Part shown: piece after piece, positions 44,345 through 54,874 of the stretch | How the letters are laid out: every line of letters starts with the position of its first letter | Position numbering within the stretch: the first letter of the stretch is position 1 | DNA from: Paramoeba atlantica | Lineage: Eukaryota > Protista > Discosea | Assembly (NCBI GenBank): GCA_977017575.1 | Contig: CDRNVI010000026.1 | Location: forward strand, 124,001-188,000 | Length of the DNA stretch: 64,000 nt | Direction of reading: 5' to 3' | Program-made: the position numbers and the translations under genes | The notes under the pieces: model-generated | What the model saw: the letters and a program-made list of their open reading frames with translations, nothing else | Databases searched by the model: none | Told to the model about the DNA's origin: nothing

Positions 44345-45375
44345 ATGCACAGTATAGATCGGGCACTCGGATGTGAGCATCAACAAAAACCCTCTAAGGT
44401 GCACAAGGCTTTTCTCGCTCAGGAATTTTATTTGGCCCGATTAGTGACCAATATAACCAATCCACACTTTTCTTGGGTAGTGGATAATCCCGTTTGTAAG
44501 TGGGACGGAGTTTTAGTGAGCAAAAACGGTGACATCGACAAGATCTTATGGAGTTTTCGTGCTCTGCAAGGACATATGAATTTTGCATACCTTCCTAAAA
44601 CACTGCGATCAGTAGAACTGAGAAAGAATCTGCTTGTAGGACGCTTAAATCTGGGACGTGAAGCGGATCATCTCGAAAGAATCATCTCGATTTGGATCAC
44701 AATAGCTTGGACAGCGAATTAGCTTTGGGAGCGCTTCCACGCAAACTCCGGAGCTTCTGGGCGCAATTCAACCAACTTCATGGGGGACTAGACTTGACAG
44801 CCTTGCCCCAAATGCTCACAGAACTGATGTTAGACCGGAATAAGTTCTCTGGAGCAGTTTTCTTCGGCGCGCTGCCCTCTACCTTGTCGCAACTATGGCT
44901 TGGTCACAATAACTTGGAAGGCTGTCTGGATCTAAGCGTCCTTCCGGATTCTCTAGACACCCTGCAATTACACAATAACTCTTTTACTGGACGGTTAGAT
45001 TTTTCTCGTGTTCCCTCATCCATCAAGCAGCTAGCCTTGGCAAGAAACAAATTTGAGGGTGAAGTTGATATCTCCCAGCTAACGGACTCAGTCTACTTTA
45101 TATCAATTTTTGATAATCACGTCACGCTTTACGTCGACAAAGAATGCGCGCCGCACGACCTTAAAAAGATTTGCGTCTATGATCCACCGAGAAAGAACCT
45201 ACAAATTAGTAAACTTCCAACGCGGTTTGCGAAATGGGATACAGAAAATCACGTGTGGTACGCCTATCATGGAGTCCTACCCCAAGTGTGCGAAGAGGCT
45301 GCGACAGGAGTGATTTCAAGTGATCGATGGTGGAAACCACTTGACGTGAGTCATTGGAAGAGCTTCGATGTATGA
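44345..45375 (+). pseudogene. Leucine-rich repeat protein, split by a 1-nt frameshift near 44685
   Basis: N-cap CKWDGV and LxxLxLxxNxF/LxG repeats continue across ORFs 44336-44722 and 44692-45375. The frameshift could be an assembly error. Confidence 0.85.
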
Positions 45376-45405
45376 TAGGTCAGATGCAGTCATACCCTCC
45401 ACATG

Positions 45406-45490
45406 CAGGAGTGAAAATTTCCATCTGGGAGGGGTCTAAAAATTGTAAGAATTGTGCAATTATGGAAAATAATAGCGCATTCGAGAGCTA
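45406..45490 (+). repeat. Solo TIR related to the 35996-37460 family
   Basis: CAGGAGTG...GGGGTCTAAAAATTGTAAG...GGAAAATAATAGCGCATTCGAGAGC. Confidence 0.6.
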
Positions 45491-45706
45491 TCGCAGAGAT
45501 AGCTAGCAAGGAAGAACGAAGAACCTTGCTGTCTGTCTAGCGAACTACTCTTTCGGAGCCGATGCGCCATAGCTTCGCTGCGTAGAGAAACCTATAAAAA
45601 GGCGATGCTTCGAAAAGCTAAAAGACAGTTCAAAGTACCGCCCTAGACAATTTCGGAAAACGTTTTTTTTTTTGCAAAGAATCAAAAGCAACACCATAAA
45701 CTAATA

Positions 45707-46018
45707 CCGTATACCCTCCAGTAAGAGAATCGGTTTTGGGTCGAAATGGCGAAATCTCTTTTACTGGGGGGGGGGGTTCTTTTTTGGCCAGTTTCCTCTT
45801 TTCTCCCAACGTTTTTGACTATTTTTTCTATTTTGTGTTCTGAAAACGTGTTAAAACGCTTCTTTGGGTTACCCCGAGTCCCCCAACATGCAGACACCCC
45901 CTACCCCCTATACGCCTCCTGTGGGGTTTCCGAGCCAAATCTCTCTTACTGGGGGTCAGCCCAAAAAGGGTCAAATCCCTCTTACTGGGGGGTACCTTAC
46001 TGGGGGGGGGGTATACGG
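45707..46018. mobile_element. CCGTATACCC-ended MITE with TA TSD
   Basis: TA-CCGTATACCCTCCAGTAAGAG...CTTACTGGGGGGGGGGTATACGG-TA; internal repeats of CTTACTGGGGG. Confidence 0.78.
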
Positions 46019-46104
46019 TAGTTTTAAGGAAGAAAAATGTATCTTTTGGACCACTCGAGACCCCCTTCTTTGGAAGCTAATTGTAAATCCCAATTTGCCA
46101 TACA

Positions 46105-46865
46105 CAGTGGTGTTCAGAGTCTTTTACCCCCCCTACAGGTCTTGTATTTTGTTCGATTTTGAAAAAAAAAATGTCTGGGACTGCTTTTCGACCCAATGGT
46201 TCCGAATCCGAGGTCCTTTCCTCTCGTGGGCACCTGTATCATTCCTAAACTGAAAAAAAAAGCTGCAAAAAACTCGATATTTTTTACAGAGCACATTTTT
46301 TTCAAGATCTATACATTTTTTGGTAATTCATGACGAAGTAGCACCACCCCCTGTGTTTACCTTACTCTCGCGTGCGCCCCGAGATGAGCACGGCACTCGT
46401 GATCGAATACAAGCGACTTAAGTCCTATAAGGCAGTCGCAAAACTCCATAAATTTAACCCCGGGTCCATCATTGAAACTTTTCGTTTTTTTTCTGAAGAT
46501 CAACAGGAAACGTTTAAGAATATCTTCCGGGACTATCGTAAGCGTTTACTTTTGGTCAAGGAGGCCAAAGGGTATATGACTAAATACTAGAAGTCACTTT
46601 GCACTCCTTTTCCGCATCTTCTGACTTACTTTACTACTTTGTACTACTGTTCTTCATCCGAAACATTCGAAAACGTACACCCAAAAAAGTTGTAATTAGC
46701 TATTTTGACCCCTACCTGGCTAGGGGGGGTAGGGGGTCGCTCGAGTGAAAAGGACCTCGGATTCGGAACGATTGGGTCGAAAAACGGTGGTAGACCAAAT
46801 ATTTCAAAAATCGGACAAAATACAAGACCTGTAGGGGGGGGGGTAAAAGACGCTGATCACCACTG
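46105..46865 (+). mobile_element. Internally deleted Tc1-like element; parent-like form of the MITE at 2695-3086
   Basis: Same CAGTGGTG...CACCACTG-TA TIRs. The residual ORF 46372-46590 fuses an HTH-like start (LVIEYKRLKSYKAVA) to a Tc1-like C-terminus (YRKRLLLVKEAKGYMTKY). Confidence 0.82.
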
Positions 46866-46976
46866 TATGCTTTTTTCAAATGGAAGTTTGGGGTACGCAA
46901 GACCGTAGAGGAAGGAGGAGTCCTAGGGAGCTGTCCTAGGGAAGGAGGGTCCTAGGGAACATGTTTTTACTATGTG

Positions 46977-47158
46977 ACCCAGGCTAAAGTGGACGCGGGA
47001 AATACCAATAGTGTAGGTGCGGCAGTTTCCCACAGGAAATATGGGTTCTCCCTTGCAGCATGAAGACAGGCGCATGCAAAGGTGGAGATGCCGTTTTTCC
47101 TGTGGGAAACTGCCGCACCTGTACTATTGGTATCTCGCTCGTCCACTTTAGCCTGGGT
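46977..47158. mobile_element. ACCCAGG-family MITE
   Basis: ~62-bp arms ACCCAGGCTAAAGTGGACG...TTTCCCACAGGAAA / TTTCCTGTGGGAAA...CGTCCACTTTAGCCTGGGT. Confidence 0.82.
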
Positions 47159-47618
47159 TTATGTCGAATTACACCTTGTGATAACCAAAAAATGGGAAAC
47201 GAGGTCGTCTCAGACGCAAATATGAATTTTAAAAAAATCCCTTTTTAGCGTACATTTTGACTGCGTTTCACCCATTTTTTTGTATACCACGTTCCAGGAT
47301 AGGCATGCTAGTAGGCATACTAAATGTGTATGATATACTAAGTAAGTCTTCACTACGCCAGAGTGGACTTCGTGGGCTTTGCCAGGTTTTGCCTTTCATA
47401 GGTTTCAACCCTTTAAGTGGGTATTCTACTAGTGTTGAGGGGGGTAGGTACATTAAGCGGCCTTGGAACACATAGTATACCTACTAGGTATCCTAAGTGG
47501 GCGTGGGTATACTATCCTAGAACATGATTTCGTATGAAAATATTATTCCACGGTTCATTACGAATATCACCCATACGCTGCAGTAAATTTTAAATTGATC
47601 TGTCCACCACATTGATTC

Positions 47619-49706
47619 ATGTCACATCCCACATCATGTATTCGCTTGCGATGGCGTTCCCTCCTTAGTGAAAAGGTAGGCCGAAATGCGTCCTTCTCTA
47701 ACTCAATACTTGCACCTCCTTTTTCTACACGCGTGCGGACCGACAACTCCTCAGCTGGAGAAGCCGCGCCCAAAGAGTCTCTATCTCTTCTTCGTGCTTG
47801 TTCTACCTCTCTAGACAACAAAGCACTCATTGCCTCTCATCCTTTCCCCAACACATGTACCCACAACCTTTCCTTTCCCGGCTTGTACGCCCCTTCTCGG
47901 CGCTTTGCCAGCACGTCTAAAAAATCGACCGTCAAAAAAACTAAAACATCCACGTCCGAAAAAGGAACTGAACCGAAGACGCCCGCAAAAGAGACTGAGA
48001 CCAAAAAGTCCGAAAAAGGAACCGATACCAAAACGTCCGAAAAGTCCAAACCGAAGACTAAGAAGCCCAAGTCCCTCAAAGAGACCAAGAAAAAGGATAC
48101 CCAAGAGGCTTCTTCTCCTCCCCCCTCCGAAACCCCTTCCCACCCGTCCGACCCCTCTGACCTCCACACCACCGGACTCGAAGACATTACCATGCCACTT
48201 GAGGACACGAACGAGGGTGATTTTCAGCCCCCATCTTCAACCCCCCTAACTACCCCACCCCACCATGAGGCTCCTGCACCTCCAAACGATCCCTCCACTC
48301 CCTCTTCAACAACCCTTCCTTCCTCAACCCCCTCTTCAGAAAGCACTTCTGCGGACCCTTTGATGAGTACCTCTGCCTCTTCTTCTTCTTCAACCCCCTC
48401 TTCAGAAAGCACTTCTGCGGACCCTTTGACGCGTTCGTCCACCGCTTCTACCGCTTCTCCCTCTTCATCCAGCGCCTCTTCGGACCCTTTTACGACCACC
48501 TCTGCTTCCTCTACCTCTCCTCCCTCTTCATCCTCTGCGGATCCCTTTACGGGTGCCTCTACCTCTTCTACCTCCTCTACCGACCCGCCTCTCGTCGCCC
48601 TCACCCCCTGCCCCTCCCCCCCTCCCCGCTTCGAGCTCTACCGCGGGACCTCCGCCTTCTCCTGGACCACCACCGCGCGCTACGGCCGCCGCCTCATCGG
48701 CCCCATGAGCGAGTGGGCGGAGGAGCTGCGGTACCGCACCGGGGTGCTCACCCAGTGGGAGCCGCGCTTCCCGGAGAAGATCTACGCGAACCGGTACGGG
48801 TCGCGGGATGAGGTGGAGGTGGTGGTGTACGTGTTCGGGAGCGAGCGCGCGGTGCGGGGGGCGGTGGGGCTGATGCAGGAGATGGTGGGGCAGGAGCCGG
48901 TGTACGTGCGGTGTGGGGTGTACAGGGGAGGGGGGAAGGGGATGGGGGGGAAGGGGAGGGGGGGGAGTGGTGGGAGGGGGGGGAGTGGGATGGGGGGGAG
49001 TGGGATGGGGGGGAGTGGGATGGGGGGGAGTGGAGGGAATGGGATGGGGGGGAGTGGAGGGAATGGGATGGGGGGGAGTGGAGGGAATGGGATGGGGGGG
49101 AGTGGAGAGGGAAGACCACAAGGGGAGGCAGAGGAGAGGGGAGGGGATGGGGGGGAGAGAACAGGGATGATGACCCGGGTGAGGAGTCCCCCGCTGTGGT
49201 TAACCTTGCGACGGGTGAATTCGGATGCGCGACCGGCGGATATTCCCCCGATTAGTTTGAAAACCCCCGGGAAGTGGACGTTGCTTTTTGAGAATAAAAA
49301 GGAGGCGGTGGTGCGGACGGTGTTTGAGGAGACGGGGATACGGCTGGAGGAGGAGGCGCTGACCCCGACGGGGTGTTTTGATAACATGCCCCCGGAGTTC
49401 TTTTGGCGGGTTCCGGTGTATTACTATGTAGCGGAGATCCCGGAGAGTGCGGAGGTGGTGGGGCCTCGGACCGCGGTCCAGGATTACTTCCTGGAGTGGG
49501 ATTCGAATATTCTGCGACAGAGTCCGGATCCGATTGATCGGACCTGGGCGAATTACGCGGATCCGCGGACCGGGTGCGCTTGGCTCCCGGCGAGTACGAT
49601 TGACACGCTGCAGCAGCCGCTGAAAGGGGAGAATTACATGGCGCAGCGGTATTTGGTAGGGGAGCATCTGCCGGAGCTCAGGGAATCCACAGGGATTATG
49701 GAGTAG
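47619..49706 (+). CDS. Probable mitochondrial Nudix-fold protein with long low-complexity inserts (possibly related to kinetoplastid MERS1)
   Basis: Degenerate Nudix box PGKW...EAVVRTVFEETGIRL, an Arg/Ser-rich presequence-like N-terminus, a Ser/Pro/Thr-rich linker and GSGGNGMG repeats. The MERS1 link is inference. Confidence 0.7.
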   Translation: MSHPTSCIRLRWRSLLSEKVGRNASFSNSILAPPFSTRVRTDNSSAGEAAPKESLSLLRACSTSLDNKALIASHPFPNTCTHNLSFPGLYAPSRRFASTSKKSTVKKTKTSTSEKGTEPKTPAKETETKKSEKGTDTKTSEKSKPKTKKPKSLKETKKKDTQEASSPPPSETPSHPSDPSDLHTTGLEDITMPLEDTNEGDFQPPSSTPLTTPPHHEAPAPPNDPSTPSSTTLPSSTPSSESTSADPLMSTSASSSSSTPSSESTSADPLTRSSTASTASPSSSSASSDPFTTTSASSTSPPSSSSADPFTGASTSSTSSTDPPLVALTPCPSPPPRFELYRGTSAFSWTTTARYGRRLIGPMSEWAEELRYRTGVLTQWEPRFPEKIYANRYGSRDEVEVVVYVFGSERAVRGAVGLMQEMVGQEPVYVRCGVYRGGGKGMGGKGRGGSGGRGGSGMGGSGMGGSGMGGSGGNGMGGSGGNGMGGSGGNGMGGSGEGRPQGEAEERGGDGGERTGMMTRVRSPPLWLTLRRVNSDARPADIPPISLKTPGKWTLLFENKKEAVVRTVFEETGIRLEEEALTPTGCFDNMPPEFFWRVPVYYYVAEIPESAEVVGPRTAVQDYFLEWDSNILRQSPDPIDRTWANYADPRTGCAWLPASTIDTLQQPLKGENYMAQRYLVGEHLPELRESTGIME

Positions 49707-50093
49707 GGGTGCAAAACAGATGCGGGGATTCGGAGAATAAGCGTTAGAGGCGAGCAGACAATGACTCGTCCAATAAGTAAAATATTTGTTGTTGTTTACT
49801 AAATCGAGCGAGGCTGGATACTGTTGTCACGTGAAGGGAACCGTGCCATTTCCACCTGAAAGGAAAGCAACTCGTCTTTGATGTGTTCTTGTACGTTAGA
49901 CTACTTGGACTTTGATAAACTGTAACGTTCTACCTTTTTGAGTTACATAAAAAGCAGAACGTGTGTATACTTAGAATATCTGTCTATTTAGAGATAACGT
50001 TGGTTTTTTTAACTTGCATTTTTTTCGAGCCGAGGCATGTTGGATTCATAAAGTATTGCACAACATTGAATATTCCTTAATTCCCCACTTCCT

Positions 50094-50462
50094 ATGTCAC
50101 AACGCTTCTCCCACTGGCCATGGCCCACTCTCGTGCCTTGGGCGCGAGACAAAATATTTCCTCCTCTACGTGCAACCCATAGCATTGCCCAGGAGGTACG
50201 AATGGCGACCATTGTCGGTGACACGGCCGTAGGTGTGCTGCTAGGCTATGGAACCTACCGCTTTATTCGCCATCTCTTTGCCGGCGACTACGCCACACTG
50301 CGGTATCACACCTCCGACATGCCTCCCGCGCTGCTCGCGGAAAAGTTTGATTTCGAGGACGTAGCGCAAAATCGTACCCTTCCACGTGAGGAGCTGGAAA
50401 AGTATCGAGCCGAGGTCAGTCAGCATAAAGGCCCTGTGGAGGATATTATTTTTAAGTATTGA
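50094..50462 (+). CDS. Hypothetical 122-aa protein with one hydrophobic segment
   Basis: Clean ATG-TGA ORF co-oriented with its neighbours, normal composition, putative TM IVGDTAVGVLLGYGTYRFI. Confidence 0.7.
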   Translation: MSQRFSHWPWPTLVPWARDKIFPPLRATHSIAQEVRMATIVGDTAVGVLLGYGTYRFIRHLFAGDYATLRYHTSDMPPALLAEKFDFEDVAQNRTLPREELEKYRAEVSQHKGPVEDIIFKY

Positions 50463-51424
50463 AACGGAGGATCCTGTGTATGCGGATACAAGTACAGCAA
50501 ATCAGATACGAAACAGTTCGCTAGCTCGTCATCTTATGTAGCGCTTACTATTTTAATGTTCTTTGCATTGGTGTTACTCTTCGAAAGATACGTTCACGAA
50601 AGTTATCCAATGACTATCCCGTCATCAAAAATTGTACCACATACTGCATCAAAATTAAAGAGAGAAGGTGTACATAAAAGGTAAATGTAACATGCGCTTA
50701 CACAGATGTAAGAAAATATGTTGGTTATCTATTCTAAGTATTAAAAAATGATCCACACAACCATTTCTAACATAGCATCCACCGCCGACGTCCAGGAAAA
50801 CGGAACGTCCAGGAAAAGTATCTTTTCTATTGGCACCCCGAGAAGAACTTGTCAGTTCTTCGATTCGAAGATGTTAGAGCAACATTCGAGTAATGTAGAG
50901 TAAATTACATCGCTTTTGGAATTATCTCAGCACATAATAATGCACGTAAGGATTTTTACGCATAAATAGCTTTTAGAACGAATGATTTACAGCGCTCTTC
51001 CCAGCCTGGTTTACATGGCGGACACAATCTTCATCCAATCGTCGAGGCAAAGTATCTACTCTATTGGCACCCCAAGAAGAACTCATGTCAGTACTAATAT
51101 GTAACCTTACGCATCATCCTTCCTCGTGGGTACGTCAAAAATGTAATTTCTTCGGTCGACTTCGTGAAGTTTCGCCCTGTACATGGAAAGGCATCCTTTG
51201 TGACTCGTGCGCAAACGTGCTGGACATTCGTTGGTTTGGAAATCCGAATCAGAACTTTTTGCGGGGAAGTTTAATGTGGAATTATTTATCCCCCCACGTT
51301 GCAAAGATGCTACGTAAGAAATCACGGACAACACCTCAAAGATACTCTCCCGCTTGATCAACTCCCTCAAGCGTTGACACACCTTGATGTGGGTCTCAAC
51401 GGACTAAGCGGATCGCTTGTACTG

Positions 51425-51535
51425 AATGCTCTTCCAGAAAAACTCTTCCTCCTAAATGCGGAAGCTAACCATTTTCATGGTACGCTATGTTTATTGAATC
51501 TCCCGCCTTTGTTAGCAGAACTCACTTTGAATAAT
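51425..51535. repeat. 111-bp direct repeat (left copy) flanking the LINE insertion; right copy at 54216-54326
   Basis: 108/111 identical by manual comparison. Confidence 0.9.
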
Positions 51536-53664
51536 CACTCACTCACTCACTTTACACTAAGCCCCGGAATAGGGCGTTAGTTAAATATCTATCTGTATTT
51601 ACGCTCAATACATTCATCATCTAACTCTCCAACTGATTTCGTTTTCACGTCGATTGCCTCGTACTCGGTGCGCTTCGAAAGCGAAACACAGCACCTTGCG
51701 TACACTGGATTTTATGGTCCCATCTTGGTTTCCGTCAAAGGGGATATTTTTCCGCGTTTGAGGTCGCGTCTCGTGGTCTACCTTTCTTGGTGCGGTTCGC
51801 GGCGGTACTTAATTGTGAGCCAGGCGCGGGGCAATGCTGTGATAAGTGCCGTTCTAGTGTAGTAGCCGAGGTCTTGCGCCTTTTCTCTGAAAGAGCGCCG
51901 AAAAGAGCTGTCTTTGCCAACGTGTCACACTGATCGTTGTATGGGTTGCCGCAATGCCCCTTTACTTTAATCACGTAGAATTTGACGCCATTCTCCTCTA
52001 AGGTCTTTATTGCACCACCTAAATCCCAATAAATGTCGCTGTTTGGAAGGCCATTGTATCCTATTAGGTAATACTTTCGTCGCGTATTGCGAATAAAATG
52101 CCATACTATCCACGAATCCGTATGCAGTACGATTGTACCCTCAACTTTGGGTGCTCTCTGAATAGCTAGTAATGCCGCATAAAATTCCGCTCTTTCTGGC
52201 GATGGTGTGCCAAGAATCTCCTTACAAACAGTAGAACTAGCCACTTCATGGCCACACTGAACTTCAACAATCCCAATTCCAATCTTTCCGATGTAACCAG
52301 AACTAACTGAGGCGTCGGTATAAAGGTGTAGAACGTTGTTGTCACTTGAGAAAGGTGTTGGACCTTCTTCAGCGTACTGCAGGGCTGAAAGATCATTTTC
52401 CCGCTGTGCAGCAGCTGCAATGCGGTGCCAACCGCTTGATCTATAACCAATGTACATTTTAGGATTCTCTAGCCCCATTTGAAGTTTTTCAACATGTTTT
52501 TTCCAACATTTTCTATCCTCCGCATATACCAGGGCTTCCTCGACCACTAGTTCCATATCCCCGGTGCAAGCTTCGGATGGAGAACGAATTCGACTCTTTT
52601 CTTTAACGCGCCACTGCATCAGTTCCGAATATATCTCTGAATGCCGTATTAAGTGTCCTACAAGACGAGCCCGGTTAACTTTGTGCAGTGTGGAAAAAAG
52701 TGGGGTGTCTATATATAAGGCGGATATTGGCACACTTTTCCCAGAATGATCCAGTTTCGGACACTTACAAATAATGCGACACATCTTATTTACCTGTACA
52801 TCTACCCATTTCAATGTGGTTTCGCTCAACGCTAGTGTGCCCGAGTTGTAATTTAGGATAGGGTATACGAGGGCATCGAACAAACGAAGTTTTGTCTTGA
52901 CGCTCAAGGGCGATACCCATATGCCCCGAAATTTTGAGAAACCTGCCCAGGTAAGTCGCAACCTGTCCCTAATACATGCCAATGGTTCAGTTTCATGGAA
53001 AAGATGTCCCAGATACCTATAGGAAAGTACTTTGGGCACCGTCCCCAAAGGATCGGATATCATTTCATCGGGGCCTCGTTGCCTTCCTAGTTGCATCCAC
53101 GCTGTTTTAGCAGGGCCTACTCCTATTCTTAGGTTCGCGGAGAGGGCTTGTTCCGCTGTATCCTCAATCATACTCTGTAGATCAGCCTTGTTATCTGAAA
53201 AGAAAAGGAGATCATCAGCATAATTTAGATCCGTAAGACGTGTTTCCCTCAGGCCTCTGCTCTTGGTACCTTATAGAAGGATGCCATGGGATTTTGAATC
53301 AATAGCTTTGCTTAATATACGATCCAGAACCATTACGAAGAGGTAGGGAGCGAGGACATCCCCTTGAAGAATGCCGGTTGTAATGGGGAATGTTTCTGTT
53401 AAACCTTATGGTGTTCGCACGACCCCTCGCATATTCCGATATACTGACATAATCATTTCTCGCAATTTCGGTCCAATGTGAAACGCCACTAGGGATGCAT
53501 GAATGACACAATGAAACGGATGGAAAAGCTTTCGCAAAATCTACAAAACCAATGCACATCCCGTTTCCTCTCAATGCTTTTACTCGTGCTTCGTTGAGAA
53601 TCGCCTGGGCTTGCATTGTCGAACGGTCAGGTCTGAACCCATATTGATTATGGCGAAGCACAGG
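51536..53664 (-). mobile_element. 5'-truncated RTE-like LINE (RT-RNase H), frameshifted, with (GTGA)n tail
   Basis: HNQYGFRPDRST, DFAKAF, then RNase H LYTDAS...ERAEFYA...HTDS...NSDIYW...KGHCGNPYNDQCD. Tail CACTCACTCACTCAC at 51536-51550. Confidence 0.9.
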
Positions 53665-53760
53665 TCAAACAGAGCACCCCGACCTAACGTGGACCTAACC
53701 AGAAGGTTAATAATTCCTAGCTGTGCAGGCCCGGACGCCTCCGCCATATTTTTGAAAATA

Positions 53761-54217
53761 TTCAAAAAAACAAAGGTCTTCAGAAAAACAAAGGTCTTCA
53801 AAAAAACAAAGCTTTTCAAAAAAACAAAGGTCTTCAAAAAAACAAAGGTCTTCAAAAAAGCAAAGGTCTTCAAAAAAACAAAGGTCTTCAAAAAAACAAA
53901 GGTCTTCAAAAAAACAAAGGTCTTCAAAAAAACAAAGGTCTTCAAAAAAACAAAGGTCTTCAAAAAAACAAAAGTCTTCAAAAAAACAAAGGTCTTCAAA
54001 AAAACAAAAGTCTTCAAAAAAACAAAGGTCTTCAAAAAAACAAAGGTCTTCAAAAAAACAAAAGTCTTCAAAAAAACAAAGGTCTTCAAAAAAACAAAGG
54101 TCTTCAAAAAAACAAAGGTCTTCAAAAAAAAACAAAGGTCTTCAAAAAAACAAAGGTCTTCAAAAAAACAAAGGTCTTCAAAAAAGCAAAGGTCTTCAAA
54201 AAAACAAAGGTCTTCAA
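53761..54217. repeat. 18-bp tandem array (TTCAAAAAAACAAAGGTC) x ~25
   Basis: Near-perfect units with rare single-base variants and one 20-bp unit. Confidence 0.95.
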
Positions 54218-54874
54218 TGCACTTCCAGAAAAACTCTTCCTTCTAAATGCGGAAGCCAACCATTTTCATGGTACGCTATGTTTATTGAATCTCCCGCCTT
54301 TGTTAGCAGAACTCACTTTGAATAATAACATATTTAAAGGTCCTTTAAATCTTAGCAGTCTACCGCTCACTCTTACGTCTTTAAATTTGAACGGCAACCT
54401 CCTCAATGGTATTGTTGATCTCACACCTGTTCTAGGTGAATCGCGGAAGGGCGCCCCTCTGCTGCTTCTCCAGCTTTACGGAAATGAGTTTGAATCGTAT
54501 TTGCTGCCTCCTTCTATTGCTCATTTACCAGAAACCGTTCAGTACAACGAGCCTATGGCTCTCCCGGGCATGTACATGATGGGATAACGTGAAATAGCGC
54601 CTGCAAGGCCTTTACACTTAGAGTAAAGTGCTCTACAGAAGGGCTAGCTTGGAACTGTATATGCACTGTATATTACAGAGAAATTGATAAAGCTTAATTA
54701 CCTTCATTTTTTATTCTGTATAAAAAGTTAGGGTAACTGGCACTACAAATGTAGGTCAAAATCCACTTTTTTCTGATGATTTTTTTTTATAAATTATAGC
54801 TCGATCATTTTTAGCTTCGCTTATAAAGCCTTTTTTTTCTTTAGAGAAATCTTAGAAATATTATAACAATATTA

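Larger units (their letters stand above)
51044..54587 (+). pseudogene. LRR gene disrupted by a frameshift and a LINE insertion
   Basis: GKVSTLLAPQEEL...CTWKGILC N-cap. LRRs continue at 51299-51535 and resume at 54216-54587. Confidence 0.85.

Noticed and set aside
47811-49387. Multiple overlapping Pro/His-, Glu- or Gly/Trp-rich ORFs
   Set aside because: Alternative frames of the low-complexity part of the 47619-49706 gene.
53665-53760. HDV-like ribozyme at LINE or SINE 5' ends (also 5300-5416)
   Set aside because: I could not assemble a convincing P1/P2/P3/P1.1 nested pseudoknot by eye. Left for computational search.
53761-54217. CRISPR-like appearance of regular repeats (also 33816-34570, 22377-22452, 58920-59250)
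   Set aside because: The units are contiguous with no unique spacers, there are no cas genes, and the context is eukaryotic.
53580-54246. ORFs of repeated KTFVFL / KKTKVF / EDLCFF
   Set aside because: These are translations of the 18-bp tandem array, which has no stop in several frames. No independent coding evidence.
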